Positions 51,889-64,000 of a stretch of DNA of 64,000 bases are shown here, in pieces. The stretch spans positions 59,892,001-59,956,000 of the forward strand of contig CM060734.1 in the NCBI GenBank assembly GCA_030704615.1, given 5' to 3'. The position numbers and the translations under genes were made by a program. A model generated the notes under the pieces. The model was given only the letters and a program-made list of their open reading frames with translations, did not search any database and had not been told where the DNA came from. The first letter of the stretch is position 1. Each line of letters opens with the position of its first letter. Source of the stretch: Takakia lepidozioides. Taxonomy: Eukaryota > Plantae > Bryophyta.

Positions 51889-52708
51889 CAGCTGGGGATA
51901 GCTGCTGCTGATGCTGAAGTCATTCGATTCATTTGCAATTTGTTACCTGGCAATGAGGCCTTCAGAACCCATGGTTCAACTAGCCACCTTGGCAACTGAG
52001 AGTCAGCAGGACATCATGGGGGAATAGAGAGGGAGGAGGAGATGATGTTGAACCTTGCCACAGAGCTTGTCAAGCTCTTCAGGCGTTTGAAGAACATTGC
52101 TATATCAGTTGCTTTTTCATAGTTCACGCAAATTGTATTCACTGCCATGCACCTACAGGACCCCAATTTTGTTGAAAATTGCTCTAAAGCTGTTGGAAGC
52201 TGACTACTTGCGCCCTGGAACCAAGATTGTAAAGGATATGGTGACATGAACTCTTGGCTCTTCGGTTTCGAAAGATCTGATCTGGAGACTGAAGTGAGGA
52301 CATTGTGGCATGGTCAAAACAACTATTCAATTGAAGCTCCCACGAAACAATGGATGCTGTCTTCGGCTGGTGAATTGCATGCCAGCGGCGAGATCACCAA
52401 GGCAAGAGTCCCTTGGAAGACCCCCCCCCCGGGGCAGAGAGAGGATGCTGGGAAGTAATCTCAATCCACAGGAAAGCCAGGCTGGGCAAGTTGTAAACGA
52501 ATAACCACGAAATTGAAGTTCACAAATTGAGGCCGACAGGCCGGTGGTCATTACATAAGATCAAAAACTCAAGAAAGCGACCCCTCAAATGCCACTCTCC
52601 TATTGGAATAGTTCCCTATTTTCAAATCCAATTGGATAGATTTACATGATGAGATATGCATACCTCGGAATCATCCATCCTCCAAAGTGAAATTGGCCTA
52701 AAACTGCC
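51889..52708 (+). repeat. Inverted duplicate of 36261-37077 (unknown gene fragment, with stops)
   Basis: Direct sequence comparison. Confidence 0.8.
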
Positions 52709-53531
52709 TACCTCAGCAGTTTGACAGCAGGAGATGCTAACCTAGATTACATGGGGACATTCTTTTTTCCAAACATGACCAGCAATGATACTGGACGGGA
52801 GGTATGAATTTACACCCAACAGGGGTGTTTCCTGGGAGGTCAGCCAGACACAATTCAAGATGATTCTAATTTGAAATGCTAAAAAATAAAAATAAAAAAT
52901 AAAAATAAAAACAAATGCAGGATTTAAAAAAAAAACAATCTGACAGATTACTTACAAAATCCCCTAATGATTTCAGTAGTGCTTTGGTTCGGACCATACC
53001 ACTTGGAAGGCTTACACCCATTGTGATTGACCCCCATTGTGATTGACCGCCCCTTGCATGTTACTGTCCAAGTCAAAGCTCACTCTTTGTCACAAGATTG
53101 CTAACATCTGCCAACACATTGATTAGAAAGAAAGAATGGGCAAACTCCTGGATCCAATTTTATATCTACTCAATAAGCTTTGACCTTTTCATAGCCACAA
53201 GAAATGATCTTGTCAAGAGATTCTCTTTGGATTGAATTTTGGTACTCTAATTCTACTTCGACTAGCTTGTACCGTCCTCCCAACTTCAGGAGTCAAGCGA
53301 CAGAAGGGGTCTGATGCTAGACAGGAACAGCAAGGTAGTAGCAACCAGCATCGAACTGCGCCACTCCTACACTGAATCCAACCTGTCTAGGATTATTCAC
53401 CAGAAATATCGTATGTGTGTGAAGGTGAGAAATCTAACTAGTCTAGATTGTGCTTGAAAATGGTGTACACATGACATTTACCAACAGATGCAAAAGCATA
53501 CAGAAAATCCTGATCACATTGAGCAGCCACA

Positions 53532-56500
53532 TCAGGGCCGGGGTACCCTTCCATGAGAGAACCCCGTATGTGGAGCTGTTGAAATGTTTAGAGGGACACT
53601 CGAAAATTCAGTGCCAGCTGTGTCACCATGGTCTGTACGTGAGATGGGGCCATTCCCTACACCTTGCGACTCCAATTTTATAGGGTCCATATGAGTGGGC
53701 TCAAGAGATGATAGGAAAGTTGATGGTAACCCAGAGAAGCTGCTGCTTGGCTTGTGGTTGACTCTTGGACTTGGTGAAGGTGGACGTGATAGGCTCACTT
53801 TTACAGGTGAGCTGTTATACGCAGTGAGGGGATCAATGCTTGTGGGGGGTTCAGGCACCACCTTTGAATTTGACCCCGTTGACACAGAGTCTGCATCTGC
53901 AGCCCTAGCATCAGCCTCTGCCTTTTCCCTCTTTTCCCTTTCTTCAGACTCCTTTAACAAGAAATCAATCCACAAATCTGCGAAGGACTGCATCACACAC
54001 CAACCCTTTGTTTGTCAGCCATGCAACAAGAACTATCCCATCATCCCAGACCAGACAGAGAAAAGGGATGCCAAAGGTAATGAAACAGTCATCAATCAAA
54101 TCACCTGGCATGACCTACAGAACCATTTTCAGAAGCATTGCTCATCTAGTGCAACAATTGTTTGATAATTGGATAGCTGTGACATAACAGGAAACACAGC
54201 ATACACATGGACAAATGAGTTTCATTCCTGCCCAGCTAAAGTAAAACACTACTTGACTAAGCACTCCTGCCTTCGGTAAGCTTACCAATCCCACCTGATT
54301 TGGGGTAGCCATTACTACAGAAAAAAAAAGCCCACCAGAAAGGCGCATTCATTTAGCTGGTAATGAGGCAGTTGCAGAGTAGCATCAGCCATTTCCCCAG
54401 TGCAAAAACAGAATTGACAGATCTGTGAGAAAATATACCGGATTCTCAGATGGAACAGGACGAGGAGATCCAGGGGATCCATCCCCGGCTGTACTGCCTA
54501 GAAGACCACCAACAAAGCGACCAGGCAGGCTGAACACTCCACGCACCACTCCACCTTTGCTTGCGCTCTGTTGCGCCAGCCCGACCCTCCGTTTGTCCTC
54601 TTCCGTAAATCCCAGCATGCGTACCATGAGATCCAGCACCTGCCATATCAAACAAGATCTCACAAATGACTACCCCATACCCTCACAAAAGACTACCGCA
54701 TCCCTTACAAATCCTCAATTGAGTCGGGCGAACAGGATCCATATGAGAGGTAAGATGGGAAAGGTTTCGCTGAAGCCTTTGCAATGAGCATACATTTGCA
54801 TTGGCCATGGCTAACAGCATATTATATGAAACCACTCCTGAATCTACTGGGACAGCTTAGGTTAAGAGGTGATCTAATTGATCTTGTCACCCAATTCCTA
54901 GCATTGCCTGCTCTAAGACTTCATACTTGTCAAGCTTGATGACAGATTCTTGTCAAACCATTGCGAAGAACTTCCACTACTCAAGAATTGTACCCTCACC
55001 ACTTGCCACTCGAGCAAAATACACAAGGCTACATTACTGACAAAGGAAGAGCTCCAACCTCTCTACTGTGCTGTCTCTGGAAATAAGTAACCAACAGCTT
55101 GATCACAATGCGCCTGCATACACCAAGTAAGGAGAAAAGGGATAAATCATTTTACAGCTAAGTCGAGAACTCTACGACACGAGTTCATATCACTCCGGTT
55201 CACAACAGTAAACCAACCTTAAAATGAGGCATATATTTTAACGCTTTTACGGGAAGAAGTAACCCTCATGGAAGAATATTTATAGATCATCCTGAAGGCC
55301 AAAATATAAGGTAGTCATGATACTGCATCACACAAACTCCCAAACAAAGAGACTTTGAACTACCTGAGTACCTAGTAACAAATAACCAACATATGAAAGT
55401 ACAGGAAACATGGTGTGGCACGAGACTGAGGAAACTGAACAGTGAGGGAGGGGTGCAAGAGACCTGTCCACATAGAAATCAGAATCAGAGGACATGCGAT
55501 TGAGTCGGGTGATGGACTGCTCCAGGGCACGTCGCAGTCGCAGTACATCCTCCTCCAGCTTCCGTGTGACTTGCTCCAACTCTTGCTTCTTCAGCTCTGC
55601 ACTTACCGACTTCTCCACAGCTAGATTAACTTCCCGACTTTTCAGCTCAATGGTCCTGTTTGCCATCTGGTCTTCAAAGGAAAGAAGTCCAACAAACACA
55701 CAACGATGTGAGATAGTGGTAATAAATGGTTTGTGGGAAGATATGAATGCCATGGCTCAAATACCATTGTTGGCTACAGAACTTACCTATGTGCGTCCCT
55801 ATAAAAACACTTAGGTATCCACAAGAGCTGTCATGATGTAAGCTTCCATGTCAAACTAAGGAAGAGCTTGATGATGAAGTACCCTTGTTTCCAGAATAAC
55901 ACATTTGAGTTCCTTGTTTTCTCAGTGCTAGTAGCATGTCTAAAAGGAGAAAGGTGCCTCACCCTCACATCTTCAGCAAGCTTGGCAATCTCATCCCTGG
56001 CCATACTTAACTCCCCATGCATACGATCCTGTGCAACAGGTCAAAAGTAAGTTAAATAGCCAGCCTGTTGGTACTGTCATGCTGCAGTAGAAGTAGCACC
56101 TCACAGCGAATCTATGTGTTTTATCTTCACGAAAGTCCATTCAGACGAGTTTTGTCAAGAAGCTAGGCGACCTTTGCGGAGGCTACTAAGTCTGAGCTGA
56201 ACAGATTGTACTCATAAGACGTTGTTTGCCATAGCCTTGTGGCCATTGACCCCGCGCCCAGTTTGAGCGGGAACAAAAGGGACAGAACCTACCTCTGTCA
56301 GGGGCTGACGTTGGTAGTAAGACTTACCTCCATATATAGAATTAATCCGGGTTTTCCAGATATCCTCTAGAAATCCCTTCACACAAGCATCAATCTGCTG
56401 TGTGTGATTTGCCCAAAAACTAGGCCTCAGGAGGGCCTGGGCTTTTGGCTCAGCCTCGAGACTTTCAAAGTTGGTAAACAGGGGTACAGGCACAATACCC

Positions 56501-59500
56501 TTAATAGATTTGAAGAGAGCGTCTCTTTGGTGAGAGAACCCCGGACAGTGTATCAGAAAATGAATACTGTCTTCAGATTGCCCACACAACGGGCAATTGC
56601 ACTCTCCCTTTCCTCTCTGCTTCTGTTTGCTGTTCAAAGGTAGGCTTCCTGCCCTGAGTTTAAATTTCAGTCTAGTGCCGAGAGTGGGTAGACCCTTGAG
56701 GTCATCCAAGATGTCCTCCCCCATGTCACAGACTGGAAACAAGTTCAGGGAAGTTTTCTGCCTAACTTCATTTTCATCAGACAATCTCATGGCAACAGAC
56801 ATGGCTGAGGACACTACAGCCTCTAAGTCAGATTTATCCAGCAGGGTCAAGACTTGCGGATCCAGGTCCTTGAGGATCTCTTCTACTCTCTTCTGCCAGG
56901 ACTTAGCCTGTTTGACAGGGCGGTCCTGTTTCCAAGATATAGAGTCGATTAACTTAGGATATCTAGTGTTGGGCATATGTTGCAGCTGACCCCACCATCT
57001 GACCTTGAATTCATCTCGTCAGGAGCTTAAGGACGGAATGCCAAACTCACCCCGAACAGCCACATTGGCTGTTTTGGAGCATGCTGACATACACTCCTTA
57101 AGCACCCCCACTTGAATGGATTCTAGAGACTTAGCCTGGTTGGAGTTATCAACCCATATAGCAGATCCGTACTCCAAGGCAGGTCTAATAACGCGACAAA
57201 GCATGGTTTTCTTAACCTCAGAGTTGACCCCTCTGCAGTGGAAAAATTTAGTGAGCCCCAGAGCTTTGCCCTTGCCAGTTTGAACAACTTTCCGGATATT
57301 TGCATCCCAATTACAATTGGAGGAGAACTCAACGCCCAGGTAAGTGTAGGAAGGGAGGACCGGGATCTCTTGGCTACCCCACTGCCACTTAAGATCACTT
57401 CCTCCCTCTCCTCTGTCGTTGAATGCTACCACTGCACATTTGCTGACATTAGCCTCTAGCCCCCAAAGATCAAAGTATCTCTTCGCGCAATCAATCAACT
57501 CCTGGAGATTGGTTGGAGTCTCCCCTATGCCTGCGAAGTCATCCGCAAACATAAGGGCTGGTATGGTGGTATCACCCACCCTTAACCCAAACCCTCACTT
57601 TCCACATCCTCGAGGAGTTGATTGATGAAAACATTGAAGAGCAGAGGGGAGAGAGTACATCCTTGAGCTACACCTTGGTCTATGTCAAAGAAGTTGGACT
57701 TCTGTCCGTTAACAGTGACACAGCTTTTGGTGTGAGCATACAAGTTGTGGACAACTCTCCACATCTTTCCCTTGATCCCACAAGACCAGAGGCGGAACCA
57801 TAGGCCATCTCTCCACACTGTGTCATAAGCCTTTTTGACATCCAGGAAAAAGAGCTGAACAGAAATGATACCTGAGCCTCGCTCTCTGCATAGTACTGCC
57901 CAAGTGCACTTTGAAGATTGGAAAGCTCAATGTCTTTGGACTCCAATTGAGCAATGCAATTTGCCAATTTTTGCTTCAAAATGTCAATCTCTTCGCCAGC
58001 TTGCTGCAGTCCCTCAGTGCTGCGCTTCTTGGCCTCAGCTTGGTCTGCACGTGCTTGTGCCAGAGATTGTTGCAGCTGCACCACAAGTGATTCACTGGTC
58101 TCTGCCCTTGCTTCTAGCTCTGCAATGTTCTCACTGTCCTGGTCCATCTTCTCGGAGGTTGACATGTCCTGCAAGGAGCCACACGATATTTAACTCTGTT
58201 TAGCCAAGCAAAAGCAGTATCTTTCAAATTAGCACTAACCTGTTAGATAATTCAAGTGGCTGTTGCCTATGGAGCTTAACTGTAAAACAAGATACTGGCG
58301 CACATTGTTTGAACAGGAAGACAGGAACGAAGGAAGCGAGATTTTGGGAGCTTCAAATTGGCACTTTCTGTTGGAGGTGTTAAGGCTATAGCCCTTGCAC
58401 GGCACTCTGAGAACAGAACGGGACGGGTAGCTCAGTGGTAGAGCACCCCACCGGAATGGGGGAGGTCCTAGGTTCAATCCCTAGCCCGACCACACGCCAG
58501 TGGTTTTCCAACATGGTATCAGAGTCAAGGTTGGGGCGGTGGTCAGAATGGGTGGGCATTAGCATAAGGGCTATGCCTTGAGGGGGAGTGTTGGAGGTGT
58601 CAAGGCTATAGCCCTTGCACGACACTTTGAGAACAGAACGGGACAGGTAGCTCAGTGGTAGAGCACCCCACCGGAATGGGGGAGGTCCTAGGTTCAATCC
58701 CTAGCCCGACCACACGCCAGTGGTTTTCCAATACTTACCACACCAAAGCTGAGCATTCGCTAAACATGGTAATATTCCCATACACCATGGCAGAGCATAG
58801 CTGACTGCATGGAACGAGGGCCGTGGAAGGCTAAGGATGTGCACACTCCGGGCTAGTGTGACATTGGCACCTGGCCACTTCACACAGAGAACCATGCTAG
58901 GGGTACAAAATTTCCAAATGGCTGAAATGCTCACTAGGAGATTCTTCACATAATCTTCAATCATCTTGTGGCTCCCTGCTACAAATAGTAGATATCATGA
59001 CACTCTAAAACATGGATGTTCGTGCTATAATACCATGTCCAGAAGGTTTTGTTTGAGCCTGCTAAGATCCCGCAGCGCCTTGTCCCTCTCAGATGAAACT
59101 TCCTCCAATTTTCTTTCAAACTCTGCTGTGTGTAGTGTACATGCCTCTTCTGCCGTTCTTAATCTCTCTTGCAGAACATCCACCTGCCAAAGTCCCCATG
59201 ATCAATAAATGCAGCTCGGAATTCTTTGCAACTCTTTAAAAAACTCAGCGAACATCCACTGGATGTCCCTCTGTCTGCAAACCACTGGAAGGCTAGAAGG
59301 CATGATCAGAAAGGCATAAGAGCTCTAGTATATAAATCTCTCCAGTCTATTAACATTACAACAAGAGGTCCTTGATCAGAAGTCATGCCATACAATGGCA
59401 ATAAGAGAATCTTCGTTATGGGTTACATGCAAAGATCTTTCCCAGTGTACATGGAGGCTGAGCCATGATGTGAAGCTTGGTCCCACCCATGATTAAACTA

Positions 59501-62500
59501 GAAGATCAAGAAAAAAGACCATGTCAGTGAAAAGATTTCAAAACACACTTAGAAGTCATTACAAACCTCTTGGGCTCGTGCCGCTAACTCAGATGCCTGC
59601 TCCTCACTCATGCCCAAGGGTCTGTCAAACTCCCCTTGCGTCATTTGGGATCTCTCTGCTTCCAGTTTTTGTGCTTGCAAGGCTTGCTGCAGCCCCTCCC
59701 TCTCTGCCTGTGTTGACATTATTCTGATTAGAAAGCTGTCTGTTTGCTTATTGAACTACAGGCATAAAGTTAATTTTTTGTGCCATCTTTGCTCTGACAA
59801 AAGGGCACAGCTTCATTCCATGCTTCTCAATTTTGTCATAAAGTCAAAGTCATATATGGAGGGTATCGAGTTTTGCAGCAACAAACACGTACCTGTAGCT
59901 CAAGCTTCTCCTGCTCAAGTTTGGTAATTGTCCTTTGAAACTGATCAACAACTCCATCCCTTAATGCATCTTGCTCATCGGCCTTTTCTTGGAGTTGTAC
60001 CAATTCAGAAGATAACTGGAAGATGTGAAATACATAGACTTGAATTTTCACAGATATCATTAATAAGCAAGACACAGTAGTGTTAAAACATATTCAGCAT
60101 ATTCAATTTGACAAGACCAGAACATTTAAGATGTAATGCAGCTGACTATGTGCAGCAGATTTCTTAAGTCAAATAGACAGTGTAAAAGAGCACATGAGAC
60201 TTTATGCCAGGACGCTCTCAGGAGGTCAGAACAGCTGTCAAGAATCTCAGTTGCGTGTCACACTATCTATCCACTCACTTGTTGCCTTGCTGACTTCAAC
60301 ATATCGCACTCGTTAAGAGCGGCATCCGCAGCTTCACGGGTTCCTATCCATGATCCATTCCCCAAATAATAAGGAAGTCGATTGACATACTAACCCCAAC
60401 AAAGAAGCACACCACTATGTGCATGTAGAAGTTACAGACGGAGCAGCACTGCTACTGCCCCTGCTTAGGCACAAATTCTTTTGAGTGGTTAAATGTGTAG
60501 TCCCTCCATGCACTGAGCACGATCTGTCCCTCAAACTTCCTTTTAAATTGAGCCTTGCTACTCTGGAAATCTTGTCATCTGCCAAGTCCCTTACATCCCC
60601 TGCCATCTGATAAGAAACGGAAGGTACTTGACTCCATGTTCATGTCAATAACTACAAATGTTAAACACTACCGTAAAATCTACCGTAAAATCTATACCAG
60701 TATACACTACTAGAAATGCAAGTACCGTGCTCGCCTACTTTGAAGCTGCAAGTTCGCATCGGACAGATTTGCTTCCTCTGTTTTCAACAGCTCTTTCAGC
60801 CTTTCTGACTCTGCCATTGCCATTTCCTGAGCATCCTTTCGCTTGATACAGTCTTGCTCTTTCTCTGCTACTTGAATCCCAAGATCCTGTCAAACAAAGT
60901 TCACCACTTCAGCTTCAGCTGCCAACCCACTTTGTCTAGCCAGGAGAAAAACAGCTCTGCAGTCAAACATCCCTGTGGAAGGTGGCTTGAGACAAACGAG
61001 TGTTGAGATGATCAAGTAGAGACCATCTGAAACTAGAAAGCACTCCTCATAGCTAGAATACAATTCTGCCACAATTACCTGTTCTCTCTCTTGGAGGTCT
61101 CTAATTCTTAGCTCCAGCTCCTGCAGCTGTACTTCGTGGGCCAAATGACATATAGATCCATTACTTGCCAATTCACTACTCTTGTCTCCAGATGCAACAC
61201 TCCTTGCAGCCTGTACATTCGCAATCTCTTGTCTATGTTGAGCATTCAGCGCTTCTGCTTGCATTCGATACTTCTCCTGCAAGGCAGCAATCTGCCCCTG
61301 CACTTTCCCGAAACCAGCTCAGACAATGCGGGCAATTGAGCCTACAACTATATCATAGATAACCCAATCTCCAGGATCTCAAGTACTGTCCAAAAGCAGT
61401 TCACTGTGCCATGTTGGATCACTATATCATGTATGAACCACCCTACTTTATTGTGATGGGAGTGCCTTCAAGTTGGGGCGACACAAGTATACTCTCTGAT
61501 AGGATGTGCCATTCTCTAACCAATACTACAAGTGAACTGTTGACACTGGTCCCCGAGCGGCTTCTTTTGAAGGGGCTCAATGAGACCACAGATGGATGAA
61601 CTTTGATATAAGCCACCAATTTTAAGACATCTTGAGACATATCTCTTTGAATGTATAAGAGTAGGTGGATATACGGGACAGCACATTCAGCATGTTGTTC
61701 AAGTTCGCTTCCAACTATCAACACCTACAGAAGTCTAACACATTTCCAGGTGGTAACCTTGAAGAGACACACCTGATGGTCTTCTTGAATGTGACATAAT
61801 TCAGTCTCCAATTTCTGCATGGATGCACTGCGGATAATTACTGTATGGAGGACGAACATTTACACACGTAAATGCTCTCTGGGAAAGCATTTTTGCATAA
61901 CTGCAACAGAAAGGACAAACCCTGTATTATAAGAGGTATTTACTACTCAAAAGATACCCAACACACGTCTGCCCATGCCAGTATCTACTAACAAGGACCC
62001 TGTGAGAAAGAGGTCAATAATGTGGTCATGGTCTGTCATAAACGCATGTGCAGTGAAATTATGTGAAATCCCATCATTGCCTACAACACTAGGATACATA
62101 AGTGTGACTGATCTCTCGAGAAGGGCAGGAAGATAGAATATAGGGCAGAGGATCCAACCTGGACAGTCTCTTCAAGATCAAATAGTCTGCTGGGTCCTCC
62201 ATTTGGCAGCACCTCTCGATCTGCAGTAGCCATCACCATCTTTTCCTTCAAAACTCCATTCTCTTCACGCAATCTCAACACCTCTCCCTAACATACCAGA
62301 GGAAACAAATCAGGTAAATCAAACAGAAGTTACTCCATTTTCCACAAAGCAAAACATGATTATTGTCTATTCCCAATTTTCATTGATCGAATTAACTCCA
62401 AGTGTCTGCAGTTAATGTAATGCTCCAAAATTCATCACTAAAACAGCTATAGCTCATGGTCCTATTGCACATCTTCATGCATGGTAATTTAATTTCCACA

Positions 62501-63881
62501 CCCTAGTGAACTGGCTTTTAGCTAGTTTGTCCTCAGCATTGCCCAACAACATGCCCATGCTGCTTAATTTTAGGTAGATATAAAAACAGAGGTTTACTCA
62601 CAAGACAGCTGCAGGGAACCTGTTATTAAAGGCCATAAGTAAATACATTGTCTCCAGATTGCCATGGGATACAAGTGAGAATAACTTTGTGCAATCCTTC
62701 CCACATTTCTCAGCATCCTAGGGGATAATCTATGATGATACCATTCATCAACTAGCAAACCTCATAAATTGCCACCCACATTTGAGAAGAGCCTAACTCA
62801 CTCTAAACCCATGGCCAACCAGGGTAAATTATTCTGAAACAATCCCCTAAATGACAGTAAGTCTCAGCACCATATAAGGAGCAACCTGAATAATGAGTTG
62901 CCAACTCTCAGATTTTACTCTCAGCCCCAATCAGTTTGCAGAGTCTCAGAAACATCATGCTCAAACCTTAGAAAACCTAAAAACTCATGATAAGAGGCAG
63001 GAACTGTCAGATCTTGTGGTATGCAGATGCAAGTTCACCCCCAAATAAGTACTGAAGGCTCTACAGGTGTGTAAAGAGTAGATGAGGCAATTAAGGGAAC
63101 ATGAGCTTGCCTCTCTCTCTTTGAGAAGGGCAACATAGTTCATTGACATGGCTTGAATGTCTGATTCTGCAGTTTGAAGCCGATTGACTTCGCTCTTATA
63201 CCATTCCAACTGCATATGCAAGGGAGAAGAGTCAGATGGAAGCTAGACTGCTCAGACTTTGTCAAAGTGTATACAAGTCGCTGAAAATCACTGCATTTCC
63301 AATTGTCAGAAAACATAGACTCAACAGGGAAATTCCTAATGTTGAACCTGAGGCCACACCTGAAAGACAAGTTTTAGCTGTCATCAGAGTCCATGCTCAG
63401 CACTCCAGAGCCCTTAACTGTACCCCTCGTTGTGATTTATATACACAGTTCGTTTCAAGAGTTCTCACTAAGGAGTACTCTTCAGCACTGCCAAGAAAGA
63501 AAGTGACTCCTTTCGAGAACTAGAATGGCTGTAAACGTGCTCCTCACGTAAATGCAAGACAAATATTCAAGTGGAAGGTACCTCAGCCTACAAAACAGCA
63601 TTTGCCTTATATTTCGCAGGGTAAATGCTGTACTTTTGCATGTAAATGACAGTACACATGCGTATCAAATGCGCTGAAGTATATACCTCGGCCTTGAGAT
63701 TTGGTCCATCGTCATAATTCGAATTGCGACGCCGAGACGGTCGATGCGAGCCATTAGCAGATGCATCATCATCAGAGTCATCGTGTGATTGAGCCTCAAG
63801 TTCAAGTTCCTCTTGAGTGTCCAGAACATCCGAAGCAATCTGCGACAGATTGTCCTTGAAAACTTGCAAGTTCTTCCACAT
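53532..63881 (-). CDS. GC4: Golgin candidate 3/4 (GRAB-domain coiled-coil golgin), multi-exon
   Basis: N-terminus MWKNLQVFKDNLSQIASDV and LEWYKSEVNRLQTAESDIQAMSMNYVALLKERE. C-terminal RLNRMSSDSDFYVDRRIVIKLLVTYF, VLDLMVRMLGFTEEDKRRVG, GVVRGVFSLPGRFVGGLLG and QSFADLWIDFLLKE match plant GC3/GC4. Clear exons include 63881-63687, 63209-63111, 62287-62159, 59183-59034 and 58168-57872. GC3 versus GC4 cannot be resolved. Confidence 0.88.
56206..57851 (-). mobile_element. 5'-truncated non-LTR retrotransposon (LINE; RT plus C-terminal CCHC), intronic, 12-bp TSD
   Basis: FLDVKKAYDTVWR, QGVAQGCTLSPLLFNVF, LMFADD, YTYLG and CPLC..HFLIHC. The TSD GAGCTGAACAGA is at 56194-56205 and 57852-57863. There is one frameshift (~57582) and one stop (57019). 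Confidence 0.92.
58421..58492 (+). ncRNA. tRNA-like cloverleaf inside LTR1 (A box TAGCTCAGTGG, B box GGTTCAATCC); probably not a functional tRNA
   Basis: Acceptor GGACGGG/CCCGACC, D arm GCTC/GAGC, anticodon arm CCCCA/TGGGG and T arm CTAGG/CCTAG. The anticodon loop is non-canonical. Confidence 0.75.
58641..58712 (+). ncRNA. tRNA-like cloverleaf inside LTR2
   Basis: Same as 58421-58492 with one substitution in the acceptor stem. Confidence 0.7.
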
Positions 63882-64000
63882 CGTGACCCCGCGGCAATAA
63901 CTCAGATTGTAAGAACCGATCGGCGAACATCCCACGCACACAGGGCTAAAAACCCGCTTCTCTGCAGGACCAGATCTGGTGCCCTAAATGCTGAAAATGA

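Larger units (their letters stand above)
58369..58733 (+). mobile_element. TRIM (miniature LTR retrotransposon), 145-bp LTRs each containing a tRNA-like sequence
   Basis: LTRs are 58369-58513 (TGTTGG...CCAACA) and 58589-58733. PBS TGGTATCAGAG is at 58514-58524, PPT GAGGGGGAG at 58580-58588, and the TSD is CTTTC/CTTAC. Confidence 0.93.

Noticed and set aside
58421-58492. Functional tRNA-Ser(GGA) gene
   Set aside because: There is no long variable arm, the anticodon loop lacks U33, the acceptor stem has a mismatch, and the sequence is duplicated as part of LTRs.

Overview
Nuclear DNA of a land plant, probably a non-seed plant (inferred from spliceosomal introns, PLS-class PPR genes and a GC3/GC4 golgin). 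The first 24 kb consists of two nested copies of one large (~11.4 kb) Mutator-superfamily DNA transposon. The inner copy (10351-21709, imperfect 22-bp TIRs, 8-9 bp TSD) sits in opposite orientation inside the transposase gene of the outer copy. Each copy carries two divergent genes. One is a two-exon GCM-like/MULE-DDE/SWIM transposase. The other is a nine-exon gene for a ParB/Srx-like domain fused to a prokaryote-type beta-class (N4C/N6A) DNA amino-methyltransferase, with arrays of 20-bp palindromes in its long introns. This transposon-borne ParB-methyltransferase cassette is the best candidate for an undescribed system. The middle of the window holds an ABCG11-like pseudogene, duplicated kelch, PPR and unknown-gene fragments, and a nest of hAT-type MITEs containing a TTAA-flanked piggyBac-like element. 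The right end is a GC3/GC4-type golgin gene. Its introns host a 5'-truncated LINE and a 365-bp TRIM whose LTRs each contain a full tRNA-like cloverleaf, analogous to the 5S RNA in Cassandra LTRs. All gene models and alignments were made by eye; no database search was run.
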